Shown here in pieces: positions 25,605 through 38,984 of a DNA stretch of 64,000 bases. The stretch lies in the NCBI GenBank assembly GCA_964016885.1, contig OZ024763.1, forward strand, positions 16,740,001 through 16,804,000, written 5' to 3'. The notes beneath the pieces were generated by a model. It searched no databases and was not told the DNA's origin. It saw only the letters and a program-made list of their open reading frames with translations. The first letter of the stretch is position 1, and every line of letters begins with the position of its first letter. Source of the DNA: Eledone cirrhosa. Taxonomy: Eukaryota. The position numbers and the translations under genes are program-made.

Positions 25605-25663
25605 TTCATATGCACATTTCAGGGGCCAGGTTGCGTAAGAACCCGGTGCCCTCATCAGGTGTA
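25605..25663 (-). ncRNA. Minimal hammerhead ribozyme motif
   Basis: Minus strand: CTGATGA-GGGCACCGGGTT(CTTACGC)AACCTGGCCCCT-GAAA-TGTGCA-TA. Stem I is weak. Confidence 0.6.
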
Positions 25664-25708
25664 AACTGTGTAATAGATGTATTCCAATGGAATGATGGTA
25701 ATCTTTAA

Positions 25709-25929
25709 CCCTTTAGCATTTAAACCGGCCATAGCCAGCCAGAATTTTTTCACCTTTTTCTGTTTAAGCCGGCTGTAACCAGCCACTTATACTTATGTTA
25801 AGGTATTGTTATCAAAATAAATAATACCAGATTCTCATAGATTCAATATTGTGTAAGATAATTATGTGAGGTAAAGTCTTTACCATGAAAATACAAAAGT
25901 AAATATAGCGTAATGTAAATGTTAAAGGG
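25709..25929 (+). mobile_element. piggyBac-like MITE, family 1
   Basis: TTAA|CCCTTTAGCATTTA ... TAAATGTTAAAGGG|TTCA; homologous to 9210-9419. Confidence 0.8.
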
Positions 25930-26055
25930 TTCAGGAAACAAGCAAAGAAAAAACAGAGGAGAAAGTGTGTGTGTGCTATGTTTTTGACCAAGGGACAGAC
26001 GCAGTAGTATGCTGCTACATTGCACACCTGTCTCATATATATATATATACATATA

Positions 26056-26576
26056 GGTGCATGGCTTAGTGGTTAGAGCATTGGGCTTTCAATCGAAAGG
26101 TTGTGAGTTCAGTTCTCGGACCGGGTGATGTGATGTTTCCTTGAGCAAGACACTTTATTTCACATTGCTCCAGTTTACTCAGCTGTAGAAATGAGATGGT
26201 AGGGACTGGGGTCCCTATCATTCCACTGCAAAGTGGTCGTGTAGGTGCCATGGCAAAAAAAGCACCCAGCCCACACTGTAAAGTGGTCGTATAGGCGCCA
26301 CGGAAAAAAAGCACCCAGCACACACTGTTAAGTGGTCGTGTAGGCGCCATGGCAAAAAAAGCACCCAGCCTACACTGTAAAGTGGACGTGGAGGTGCCAT
26401 GGCAAAAAAGCACCCAGCACTCACTGTAAATGAGGTTGGTGTTAGGAAGGGCATCCAGCTGTAGAAATCAAGCCAGAATCGGTTCCCGTATGAACAAGAC
26501 AAGGTCAGCCGACCACACACTGCCCACAACAGGACAACCCGTCTAACCCATGCTAGGACGTAAAACGGTGATGATA
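26056..26576 (+). mobile_element. Full-length SINE family A with about 4 internal ~50-bp repeats
   Basis: tRNA-like head TGGCTTAGTGG...GAGTTCAGTTCTC, TCCTTGAGCAAGACAC central block, and tail CCCGTCTAACCCATGCTAG. Confidence 0.88.
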
Positions 26577-26887
26577 TAGGGTCACGTTATATCACAGAAA
26601 CCGAGATAAGGACTGGCTTGATAAGCCTCCCAGATCGGATCAGACTTTAGACTTTAGAGAAATAAGTCAAGTTAGTTATAGATAGTGCTATTTCCAGTGT
26701 GTCCTGACCAGTAACGAGCAGGGGGGGGGGGGGGTGTAGTGTGTTGGCCCTGGCCCATCATTTGGATGGGGGCATCATTTGGGGAAAAGAACTTAATAAA
26801 TTTGATTGATTTATATTAAAATTGAATGAAGTATTTATTTCATGTTTTATCTGTGTTTATATATTCGAAAAGTTTTCCTTTCTCATA

Positions 26888-27102
26888 ATATTTCTAGTAT
26901 AAGCACAAGGCCAGTAATTTTGGGGGAGGGGAAAGGTGATTAAATCGATCCCCAGTATGCTACTGGTACTTTATTTTATCGACCCTGTAAGGATGAAAGG
27001 CAAAGTTAACCTCGACGGGATTTGAACTCAAATCGTAAAGGGACGTAACTCTGTGCTGCAAAGCATGGTGTCCAACTCCCTACCGATACTGCCAATCCAC
27101 TG
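26888..27102 (-). mobile_element. SINE family B with a flanking direct repeat CCTTTCTCATAATATTTCT
   Basis: Family B body on the minus strand; the direct repeat lies at about 26877 and 27103. Confidence 0.8.
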
Positions 27103-27124
27103 GCCTTTCTCATAATATTTCTCA

Positions 27125-27331
27125 GAAAACCTCCATGCTTCCTGAGATTCACCAACACTACACCTAATATTCCCCCTCCATACACACATGTATATCATGA
27201 CTCATGCACTATTCACTTCTCTGACATTTGTGTATTACCCTATGTACTATACATGCACCTTTGACGAGTTGTAGTGCATCTGAGCACTGTACACAATAAT
27301 TTCATTCTTATTATATTATTATTATTATATT
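27125..27331 (+). mobile_element. Possible CR1/L2-type LINE 3' end with an (ATT)n tail
   Basis: Ends GTGCATCTGAGCACTGTACACAATAATTTC(ATT)n. Family assignment is from memory only. Confidence 0.35.
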
Positions 27332-27332
27332 A

Positions 27333-28456
27333 GGGGTCGGTGAATTGGCAGTATCGGTAGAGGGTCGGACACCATGCTTTCCAGCATAGTTACGTCCCTT
27401 TACGGTCTGAGCTCAAATCCCGCCGAGGTTAACTTTGCCTTTCATCGTTACGGGGTCGATAAAATAAAGTACCTGTAATGCACTGGGTAATTGCTGGCCT
27501 TGTGCCTAAAGTAGAAACAAAATAAAGTACCAGTAATGTACTGGGTAATTGCTCGCCTTGTGCCTAAAGTAGAAACAAAATAAAGTACCTGTAATGTACT
27601 GGGTAATTGCTGGCCTTGTGCCTAAAGTAGAAACAAAATAAAGTACCAGTAATGTACTGGGTAATTGCTGGCCTTGTGCCTAAAGTAGAAACAAAATAAA
27701 GTACCAGTAATGTACTGGGTAATTGCTGGCCTTGTGCCTAAAGTAGAAACAAAATAAAGTACCTGTAATGTACTGGGTAATTGCTCGCCTTGTGCCTAAA
27801 GTAGAAAGAAAATAAAGTACCAGTAATGTACTGGGTAATTGCTGGCCTTGTGCCTAAAGTAGAAACAAAATAAAGTACCAGTAATGTACTGGGTAATTGC
27901 TGGCCTTGTGCCTAAAGTAGAAAGAAAATAAAGTACCAGTAATGTACTGGGTAATTGCTTGCCTTGTGCCTAAAGTAGAAACAAAATAAAGTACCAGTAA
28001 TGTACTGGGTAATTGCTCGCCTTGTGCCTAAAGTAGAAACAAAATAAAGTACCAGTAATGTACTGGGTAATTGCTGGCCTTGTGCCTAAAGTAGAAACAA
28101 AATAAAGTACCTGTAATGTACTGGGTAATTGCTCGCCTTGTGCCTAAAGTAGAAACAAAATAAAGTACCTGTAATGTACTGGGTAATTGCTGGCCTTGTG
28201 CCTAAAGTAGAAACAAAATAAAGTACCAGTAATGTACTGGGTAATTGCTCGCCTTGTGCTTAAAGTAGAAACAAAATAAAGTACCTGTAATGTACTGGGT
28301 AATTGCTCGCCTTGTGCCTAAAGTAGAAACAAAATAAAGTACCTGTAATGTACTGGGTATTTGCTCGCCTTGTGCTTAAAGTAGAAACAAAATAAAGTAC
28401 CTGTAATGTACTGGGTATTTGCTCGCCTTGTGCCTAAAGTAGAAACAATTATTATA
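27333..28456 (+). repeat. SINE family B whose 58-bp 3' segment is tandemly amplified about 17 times
   Basis: Head at 27333-27460; unit AAAATAAAGTACCAGTAATGTACTGGGTAATTGCTGGCCTTGTGCCTAAAGTAGAAAC at 27461, 27519 and onward; finishes with the normal AATTATT end. Confidence 0.95.
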
Positions 28457-28679
28457 TTAGGGGTCTTATACTTGAGTCTTTGGGACATACAATCAAGGTT
28501 TGCCCCGGGCATCACCAGAAGTCTGCTGGTTCAGACTTTAGTGATAACCTGGACAATGGTCAGTTCTTGGTTATTGTGGCAGACACAGGCCTTAGCTGGT
28601 GGCCATGTTGTAGTTTGAACATGGAAACCATGTGGTGCATAAGCAAACACTTGTTACCTCACATCCGTACCTGTAAATA

Positions 28680-28689
28680 TGAGTATGTG

Positions 28690-28722
<33 letters not shown>

Positions 28723-28900
28723 ATATATATGTGTGTGTGAGTGTGTGTGTGTATGTGTGTATATATGTGTGTGTGAGTATACATATATATACGTGTGTGT
28801 GTGTATGTATTTACAAACGATAGTTTTAAAATAAACGATATTTACATCAACAGTTGTTGCTATGGAACTAAATATATATATATAATATATATATAATATA

Positions 28901-28962
<62 letters not shown>

Positions 28963-29185
28963 ATATATGTATACACATGCATATGTGTAGGTATGAATAC
29001 ATATATATATATATACATGCATATGTGTATGTATGCATATACACATATATATGTATACATAATATATCTACATACACATATAATATATATATATGCATAT
29101 ATATATATATATATATATTGCATATACATATGTATGTGTATTTATGCACACCATATCTGAATCTATAACATATATATACACATAC

Positions 29186-29220
<35 letters not shown>

Positions 29221-30732
29221 TACATCTATATACACACATACACATACATATGTATATACATATATATATATATATACACACACATACATATATATACACA
29301 CACACATACACATACATATATATATATATATACACACATATACATATATATATATATATACACACATATATAAGCTTATATGTGTGTGTGCCTATGAATA
29401 TATATTTAAAAGGTAATAATAGTATTTAGAAAAAAAAAAAATTTTCATTTTTTTTTTCTTCCAATTTTTTTTTTTTTTTTTTTTTTTACATTTTTAATTT
29501 TTATTTTTTTTTTTTAACTGTTTGGTTTTGAGGTGAAAAAATGTTTTAAAATTTGAAAAATATATAAATAAAAGTCGTTGCTGCAATAATATTTTTACAT
29601 TTTCACCAAATAATTTTTACTGAATACTCTGGAGAAGTGCTCTTTGTTCTCATATTTTTAGTTATTTTTGGTTAATTTTTAAGTTTTTTGAAGGTTTTTT
29701 CACATGTTTATTTTTTTTATATATATATATGATGGTTGTTTTGTTGTTGTTGTTGGCGTTTTTTTTTCTTTTTCATGTTTTTTTCTTTTAATTTTCAAAA
29801 GTTTTACATCACAAATATATAAATATGTATGTATGTATGTGTCAGTGGTGCGCGTGGGTCTGTGTATGGTGTATATGTGTGTGTTTAGGTATGAATGTAT
29901 ATATATATATCTGTATATACATATCCGTCACTCTCTCTGTATATATATATCTATATATATATCTATACACACACACACATGTATATATATATATATATCT
30001 ATACATGCACACATATCCGTCACTCTCTCTCTCTTTCTCTATATTTATATCTATACACACACACACATATATATATACACACACACACACATATATATAT
30101 ATATTATTACTATACATATATATATATATTATATGTTTATGTATGAGTGTGCATGTGTGTATGCATACAACATTCACACACTGACTTAAATACTTAAACA
30201 CTCATATACATACATACATATATATATACATACATACATACATACATAGATACATACATATATAGACATACACACATATACATAAATACATGCATAAATA
30301 CATGCATATATAAAAACATACATACATACATACATACACATATACATGCATACATACATATATAGACATACACATACATACATACATATATACATTTATA
30401 CATGCATACATACATACATACAAACATACATAAACACATACATACATAAATACATACATACACGCATGTAAACATACATGCATACAAACATACATACACA
30501 CACATACATACATACACACATTTATACATACATACACATACACGTACATACACACGTACATACATACATACGTACATACATACACACACATACATACATA
30601 CACACATTTATACATACATAGATACATACATACACATACACATACATACACACAAACATAGGTACATACATACATACATACACATACGTACATACATACA
30701 TACACACACACATACACACACATATATATATA
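28680..30732. repeat. Compound (TA)n/(CA)n/(CATA)n microsatellites and T-rich low-complexity sequence
   Basis: Direct reading. Confidence 0.85.
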
Positions 30733-30826
30733 TTTTAACAGTAATATTGTGAACTGTTATTTAAAAAAACCCATTATTTCTATCATTTTGTCATTGTTGG
30801 CGGTTTAGTTGTCGCCATTGTCATAA

Positions 30827-33195
30827 CCTTTACCACTGTCATCACCACACCACACCACCACCTTTACCACTGTCATCACCACACCACCACCACCACTGTC
30901 ATCACCACACCACCACCACCACCACCACTGTCATCACCTTTACCACTGTCATCACCACACCACCACCACCTTTACCACTGTCATCACCACACCACCACCA
31001 CCACCTTTACCACTGTCATCACCACACCACCACCACCACTGTCATCACCACACCACCACCACCACTGTCATCACCACACCACCACCTTTACCACTGTCAT
31101 CACCACACCACCACCTTTACCACTGTCATCACCACACCATCACCTTTACCACTGTCATCACCACACCACCACCTTTACCACTGTCATCACCACACCACCA
31201 CCTTTACCACTGTCATCACCACCACCTTTACCACTGTCATCACCACACCACCACCACCACTGTCACCACCACACCATCACCTTTACCACTGTCATCACCA
31301 CACCACCACCATTACCACTGTCATCACCACACCACCACCTTTACCACTGTCATCACCACACCACCACCATTACCACTCACCACCACACCACCACCTTTAC
31401 CACTGTCATCACCACACCACCACCTTTACCACTGTCATCACCACACCACCACCTTTACCACTGCCATCACCACCACCAGACCACCACCTTTACCACTGTC
31501 ATCACCACACCACCACCTTTACCACTGTCATCACCATCACCTTTACCACTGTCATTACCTTTACCACTGACATCACCATCACCACCACCTTTACCACTGT
31601 CATCACCACACCACCACCTTTACCACTGTCATCACCACACCATCACCACCACCACCACTGTCATCACCAGACCACCACCTTTACCACTGTCACCACCACA
31701 CCACCACCTTTACCACTGTCATCACCACACCATCACCTTTACCACTGTCACCACCACACCACCACCTTTACCACTGTCATCACCACACCATCACCACCAC
31801 CACCACTGTCATCACCACACCACCACCTTTACCACTGTCACCACCACACCACCACCTTTACCACTGTCACCACCACACCACCACCTTTACCACTGTCATC
31901 ACCACACCACCACCTTTACCACTGTCACCACCACACCACCACCTTTACCACTGTCATCACCACACCATCACCACCACCACCACTGTCATCACCACACCAC
32001 CACCTTTACCACTGTCACCACCACACCACCACCTTTACCACTGTCACCACCACACCACCACCTTTACCACTGTCACCACCACACCACCACCTTTACCACT
32101 GTCATCACCACACCACCACCTTTGCCACTGTCATCACCACACCACCACCTTTACCACTGTCACCACCACACCACCACCTTTACCACTGTCACCACCACAC
32201 CACCACCTTTACCACTGTCATCACCACACCACCACCTTTACCACTGTCACCACCACACCACCACCTTTACCACTGTCATCACCACACCATCACCACCACC
32301 ACCACTGTCATCACCACACCACCACCTTTACCACTGTCACCACCACACCACCACCTTTACCACTGTCACCACCACACCACCACCTTTACCACTGTCACCA
32401 CCACACCACCACCTTTACCACTGTCACCACCACACCACCACCTTTACCACTGTCATCACCACACCATCACCTTTGCCACTGTCATCACCACACCACCACC
32501 TTTACCACTGTCATCACCACACCATCACCACCACCACCACTGTCATCACCACACCACCACCTTTACCACTGTCACCACCACACCACCACCTTTACCACTG
32601 TCACCACCACACCACCACCTTTACCACTGTCATCACCACACCACCACCTTTACCACTGTCATCACCACACCACCACCTTTACCACTGTCACCACCACACC
32701 ACCACCTTTACCACTGTCATCACCACACCATCACCACCACCACCACTGTCATCACCACACCACCACCTTTACCACTGTCACCACCACACCACCACCTTTA
32801 CCACTGTCACCACCACACCACCACCTTTACCACTGTCACCACCACACCACCACCTTTACCACTGTCATCACCACACCACCACCTTTACCACTGTCACCAC
32901 CACACCACCACCTTTACCACTGTCATCACCACACCATCACCACCACCACCACTGTCACCACCACACCACCACCTTTACCACTGTCACCACCACACCACCA
33001 CCTTTACCACTGTCACCACCACACCACCACCTTTACCACTGTCACCACCACACCACCACCTTTACCACTGTCATCACCACACCACCACCTTTACCACTGT
33101 CACCACCACACCACCACCTTTACCACTGTCATCACCACACCATCACCACCACCACCACTGTCACCACCACACCACCACCTTTACCACTGTCATCA
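30827..33195. repeat. 29-bp minisatellite (CCACCTTTACCACTGTCA(T/C)CACCACACCA), about 2.4 kb
   Basis: The period of 29 is visible, e.g. CTGTC at 32041 and 32070. It is followed by (CAT)/(CAC) low-complexity sequence to about 34325. Confidence 0.95.
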
Positions 33196-33555
33196 CTGTC
33201 AGTGTCATCACCATCGCTGTCATCACTATCATCGTCACCATCACCATCCTTGTCTTCCAATATCATCCTCCAACACCACCATCACCGTCATCATTACATT
33301 ATCATCACCATCATCATCATCATCACCTTCCCCGTCTTCCATCACCGCCAACATCATCCCCAACATCATCAACACCATCATCATCATCATCATCGACATC
33401 ATTATCTACCATCACTGTCAACATCGCAGCCACCACCACCGCCACCACCACCACCACTACTGATGATGATGATTCTCACTGACCATCATCACCATCATCA
33501 CCATCATTATCATCATCATCACGAATACCCCCATCACCATTTTCACATCATCCCC

Positions 33556-33586
<31 letters not shown>

Positions 33587-34286
33587 CCATCATCATCACC
33601 ATCACCACACCACACCATCATCACCATCATCACCATCACCATCACCATCATCACCATCATCATCACCATCATTATCCCCACCACCGATATCCCCATCATC
33701 CCCCACAACTGTCAACATCATCTCCAAAACCTCCTCATTAAAAATCACCACCACTGCTGCCGCCTCCTCCACCACCACCAAAGTCAACACCACCATTACC
33801 ACGACAATGATCTCAACCAAAATCAGCATCCCCCCCCCTACACACACACACCACCACCACCACCACCAAAACTACCTTTGCCATCATCACACTACCAATA
33901 CCACCCCACCACTACCACTCCACCACTACCACCCCACCACTACCACTAACGCCCCATCACCACTACCACCACCAACAATAATAATCATCACAAGCCCTAC
34001 CACCCCACCACTAACACCCACCACCATCACAAACCTACTACCACTACCACCCCACCACTACCAACAATCACACCACCTACCACTACCGCCACTACCACCA
34101 CTACCACCAACAACCCACCACCACCACCACCACCACCAACAACAACAATAATCATCACAAGCCCTACCACCCCACCACTAACACCCACCACCATCACAAA
34201 CCTACTACCACTACCACCCCACCACTACCAACGATCACCACACCACCTACCACTACCGCCACTACCACCAACAACCCACCACCACC

Positions 34287-34318
<32 letters not shown>

Positions 34319-34726
34319 CAACAAGACCATCACTGACAGCCAGATATAAATGATGGAGTAAAGTTGAAATTTTCATGGACAAAGAGGAGACTCAGAGGGC
34401 AAGTGCCATCTATAAGGTGACAGGTTGTGATGAAAGGACTCTGATGATTCATTAATTAGTTGATTGGTGGATTAGCTAACAGATTGATGAATTAATTACC
34501 TGATTTATAATATAAGTGAAGTGAATTTCAACCAGTGCCTGTGTGTTTTGATTGGCAGCATGACCCTACCAGAATACAATACAAAACATACACATGTACA
34601 TACAAGAAAACACCAACACGTTCACCCACACACAAGCTCATATGCATACACCCAAACATACATGCATACATGATCACATACACATTCACACACAAGTTCC
34701 TTTCCCTTGGAAAACATCATATATAG

Positions 34727-34779
<53 letters not shown>

Positions 34780-34781
34780 TA

Positions 34782-34930
34782 TAGATAAATCTACCAAGAG
34801 TTTACGGTAGTGTCCAATCCGTATGAAGAACTCAATGTAATCCGGATATCATGGAAAGAAGAGATGCATTCAAAAATCACTTTCGGTGAAAGATAAACGG
34901 AATACAGAGTCAAGATAAAATATTGTATTT

Positions 34931-34974
<44 letters not shown>

Positions 34975-35161
34975 TCATCATCATCATTTAACGTCCATCT
35001 TCCACACGAGCATGGGTTTGGAATCATTGATATTAAATAAATGGAAACTATATTTATAAAACCATATTTATTCTATTATGTATATTTCAAAGGTAGCAAA
35101 ACTTTGGTACGCCCTCATCAGATAAAATTGAATTACCAACAAATTAAATATCCCTTTTGCT

Positions 35162-35193
<32 letters not shown>

Positions 35194-35732
35194 TAAACAA
35201 ATAATGAATAAACAATTCCTTATATTAAACAAAAAAAGTTCATTATTTAACGATCGTTTCTAGGATATATATGTGTTAGAATTGGTATGCATATTCAACA
35301 GATCTATGTACAAAATTATACAAAATTATACAAATTATCAAGATTAAATATACATACCAAACATATATACGCCGTCTTCAGAAATAATTATTTCTGAAGA
35401 CGGCGTATATATGTGTTTGGTATGTATATTTAATCTTGATAATTTGTATAATTTTGTATAATTTTGTACATAGATCTGTTGAATATGCATACCAATTCTA
35501 ACACATATATATCCTAGAAACGATCGTTAAATAATGAACTTTTTTTGTTTAATATAAGGAATTGTTTCATTGTTTTATTCATTATTTGTTTAATATTTTA
35601 TCTTGACTCTGTATACCGTTTATCTTTCACCGAAAGTGGTTTTTCATTACATCTCTTCTTTCCATGATATCCGGAATACATTGAGTTCTTCATACGGATT
35701 GGACACTACCGTAAACTCTTGGTAGATTTATC

Positions 35733-35734
<2 letters not shown>
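34782..35734. repeat. Large spacer-less palindrome centred at 35387/35388; left arm interrupted at about 34925-35185
   Basis: Centre GTCTTCAGAAATAA|TTATTTCTGAAGAC. 35187-35387 pairs with 35388-35599, and 34782-34924 pairs with 35592-35734. Confidence 0.92.
35076..35127 (-). ncRNA. Minimal hammerhead motif (same family as 40537 and 40799)
   Basis: Minus strand: CTGATGA-GGGCGTACCAAAGTTTTGCTACCTTT-GAAA-TATA. Stem II is partly decayed. Confidence 0.55.
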
Positions 35735-35771
<37 letters not shown>

Positions 35772-35829
35772 TGTGATGTCACTGATGCCAAGCTGTATTG
35801 ATCATTGCCTTGCCCTTGGACAACATCAT

Positions 35830-36082
35830 ATCATCATCATCATCATCATCATTTTACGTCCGCTTTTCCCTGCTTGCAAGGGTTGGACGGGTCCTATTCA
35901 GCACAGCATCTCTCCACTCGTCACGGTCCTTCGTCATCTCCTCGGTGAGTTTCAGCAATCTGAGGTCTGCTCTCACCACCTCCACCCATGTTTTTTGTAG
36001 TCTACCTCTACAGCGTCTTCCCTCCACTGGGATTTCTTGGCACTTCTTCACCCAGCGGTCATCCTCCATGCACATCACATGT
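35830..36082 (-). pseudogene. RTE LINE 3' fragment
   Basis: Translates HVMCMEDDRWVKKCQEIPVEGRRCRGRLQKTW...LASREKRT, near-identical to 1608..1976, with a (CAT)n tail. Confidence 0.9.
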
Positions 36083-36088
36083 ATGTAT

Positions 36089-36770
36089 ATAATTGTTTCT
36101 ACTTTTGGCACAAGGCCAGCAATTATCCCAGTGTATTACTGGTACTTTATTTTATCGACCCCGTAAGGATGAAAGGCAAAGTTAACCAACCTCGGCAGGA
36201 TTTGAACTCAGACCATGAAGGGCCGTAACTCTTTACTGCAAAGCATGGCGTCTGACCCTCTACCGATACTGCCACTCCACATATACATGTATGTATATAA
36301 TGTATATATAATATATATGTTGTGACGTCACTGTTGCCAAGCTGTATTGGCCATTGACTTTCACTTGCACAACATCGTGTATGGTATATATATAATATTT
36401 ATATAATGTATATGTAATATATATTATATATTGTATATGTAATATATATAATATAATAAAAATAATTGTTTCTACTTTAGGCACAAGGCCAGCAATTACC
36501 CAGTGCATTACTGGTACTTTATTTTATCGACCCCTGTAAGGATGAAAGGCAAAGTTAACCTCGGCGGGATTTGAACTCAGAATAATAATAATTGTTTCTA
36601 CTTTAGGCACAAGGCCAGCAATTACCCTAGCGCATTACTGGTACTTTATTTTATCGACCCCATAAGGATGAAAGGCAAAGTTTAACTTCACCGGGATTTG
36701 AATCAGAACGTAAGGGGACGTAACTCTAAGCTGCAAAGCATGGCGTCCAATCCTCGCGCGATACTGTCAA
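36089..36770 (-). mobile_element. Three SINE family B copies (about 36089-36275, 36462-36580 and 36585-36770)
   Basis: Reverse complement of the family B consensus. Confidence 0.8.
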
Positions 36771-37048
36771 TAATAAACTTTAATCTGTTCTTATAATATG
36801 TATCCTGAGTTGGTTTTCTCGTTGCTTTGGTCCCTGCGACTGGCTCACCGGTCGCAATCTTCTATTTTTCAAGCTGTCTAAATGTAATGTTATTACTCTA
36901 AGGTAAAAACTACCTTATTGAGTTCTTAGCTGCACATTCCGGATTGCATTCGTTAGCTTAGCTGCAGCCAGCGCTTTGATTCTACTGAACTTCCATTTGT
37001 ATATGCAGACATATATATATATTGTATATGCAGACATATAGATATATT

Positions 37049-37395
37049 GGAGGCACATGGCTTAGTGGTTAGAGCACTGCCTTGCAATCGAAAGGTTGTG
37101 AGTTCAATTCTCAAACCGGGTGATGTGTTGTTTCCTTGAGCAAGACACTTTATTTCACATTGCTCCAGTTTACTCAGCTGTAGAAATGAGATGAGAGGGA
37201 CTGGGGTCCATATCATTCCACTGCAAAGTGGTCGTGGAGGTGCCACGGCAAAAAAGCACCCAGCACTCACTGTAAATGAGGTTGGTGTTAGGAAGGGCAT
37301 CCAGCTGTAGAAATCAAGCCAGATTCAGTTCCCGTCCCACCCTTGCAAGCAGGGAAAAAGCGGACTTAAAACGAAATGATGATGATGATGATGAT
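37049..37395 (+). mobile_element. Full-length SINE family A (RTE-type tail)
   Basis: A box TGGCTTAGTGG, B box GAGTTCAATTCTC, LINE-matching tail and (ATG)n. Confidence 0.9.
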
Positions 37396-37635
37396 ATATA
37401 TATATATACACCGTTCAAGAGTAACCAATCTTAAAGAGAGAGGTGGAGATAGGAGAGGAGAGATTGGTGAATTAGTTAGAAGCCAAAGCGTAAAGGCATG
37501 TGCTCAATGTGCAATATGCAGTAGAAAGCAGCTATGTGCCCGGGTTCAATATGTTGACAATCTTTTAATAATGTCTTCCTTGTGAAAGTTGTGGTCTTGT
37601 TTTGCTTAACTAATGAATATATATATATATATATA

Positions 37636-37973
37636 TCATCATCATCATCATCATCATCATACGTCCGCGTTTTCCCTGCTTGCAAGGGTGGGACGGGAAC
37701 TGAATCTGGCTTGATTTCTACAGCTGGATGCCCTTCCTAACACCAACCTCATTTACAGTGAGTGCTGGGAGCTTTTTTGCCGTGGCACCTCCACGACCAC
37801 TTTACAGTGGAATGATAGGGACCCCAGTCCCTATCATCTCATTTCTACAGCTGAGTAAACTGGAGCAATGTGAAATAAAGTGTCTTGCTCAAGGAAACAA
37901 CACATCACCCGGTCTGAGAATTGAACTCACAAGCTTTCGATTGCAAGGCCAATGCTCTAACCACTAAGCCATG
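37636..37973 (-). mobile_element. Full-length SINE family A, inverted relative to 37049-37395
   Basis: Near-identical reverse complement of the neighbouring copy. Confidence 0.9.
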
Positions 37974-38049
37974 TTTTCTAGCATGTTCTTATAGTACTGA
38001 CTCGTTTTTTCGTCCTTTTAGTTCGCCCCAATGTTGGTCTATCCTTTCA

Positions 38050-38477
38050 TGTACCCTTTTAAGAAAACCCACTGTACTAATAGGAAATGTATCATATGTA
38101 AGGTGAACCCCCGTATAAACTGTAAAACTAGAAACGTAGTCTATAGCATAAGATGTACAGAGGGTACTTGCAGAAACATGACAACAACATACATAGGTGA
38201 GACAGCTCATAGCATAGGTGAAAGGATAGACCAACACTGGGGGGAACTAAAAGGACGAAAAAACGGGTCAGTACTATACGAACAGGCCAGACAACAACAT
38301 GACGGTAACATAGACAACATAGAAATTAGAATAATATCTAAACATAGAAATGACCCAGCAGATAGGCAAATCAGAGAGGCCAGTGAAATAGAACTTAGAA
38401 GTCCAAGACTAAACAGAAAGAATGAATGGAATAACAACAACACCCAAACAAACAACACTGACTTAAGAGAAGTATAA
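38050..38477 (+). pseudogene. GIY-YIG endonuclease domain of a Penelope-like element
   Basis: CTNRKCIIC...CKTRNVVYSIRC...C...TYIGETAHSIGERIDQH...RQIREASEI...LNRKNEW: Cys linker, VVY/YIG, and the catalytic R, E and N. Confidence 0.9.
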
Positions 38478-38742
38478 ATAAATAAATAAATAAATAAATA
38501 CATACACAAGCACAATAACAACAAACACATATAAACACACACGAGTAAAGATAGAATACATTAACCAATACGCAGTCACCCAATCACAAACACACATCAA
38601 ACAAAACACTATACACACACGCAAACGCATGCGCAAAGAAGACAAAATAAAATAAACAAACAAACAAATAAATAAATAAATTATATAAACAGACTAAATA
38701 AAGATGGCGTAGACATACAATGTAACGGGAGGAAACAATAGC

Positions 38743-38784
38743 ACCACTGACGATGTTGCAGATGTGCAACGAAAGAACTTTGAT
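38743..38784 (+). ncRNA. Minimal hammerhead motif downstream of the GIY-YIG ORF
   Basis: ACCA-CTGACGA-T-GTTGCA(GATG)TGCAAC-GAAA-GAAC-TT-TGAT: perfect 6-bp stem II, stem I 3 of 4 pairs. Confidence 0.72.
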
Positions 38785-38984
38785 AAACTATATATATGTG
38801 TTTGTGTATATATTGTATCTGTATTACTTTTGACCGTCGGTCAGTCAATGGCAACATTGAGGACCGAATAAATTAGATTACCGATATAAAAGACACAGAA
38901 GCGAAAAGCGAAAACCAACCAAACAGTGAGTGTGTTCTGTTATTAATTCTGGCAATATTACACAAATATGACCCTCCCCAAGTA

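Noticed and set aside
34436-34500. Hammerhead-like CTGATGA...GAAATTAATT
   Set aside because: Stem I does not pair (ACT versus ACC) and the TTC after the box would sequester GAA; degenerate or chance.
37049-37125. tRNA gene (and other tRNA-like heads)
   Set aside because: A and B boxes are present but continue into SINE bodies without a proper acceptor stem or T-run terminator.
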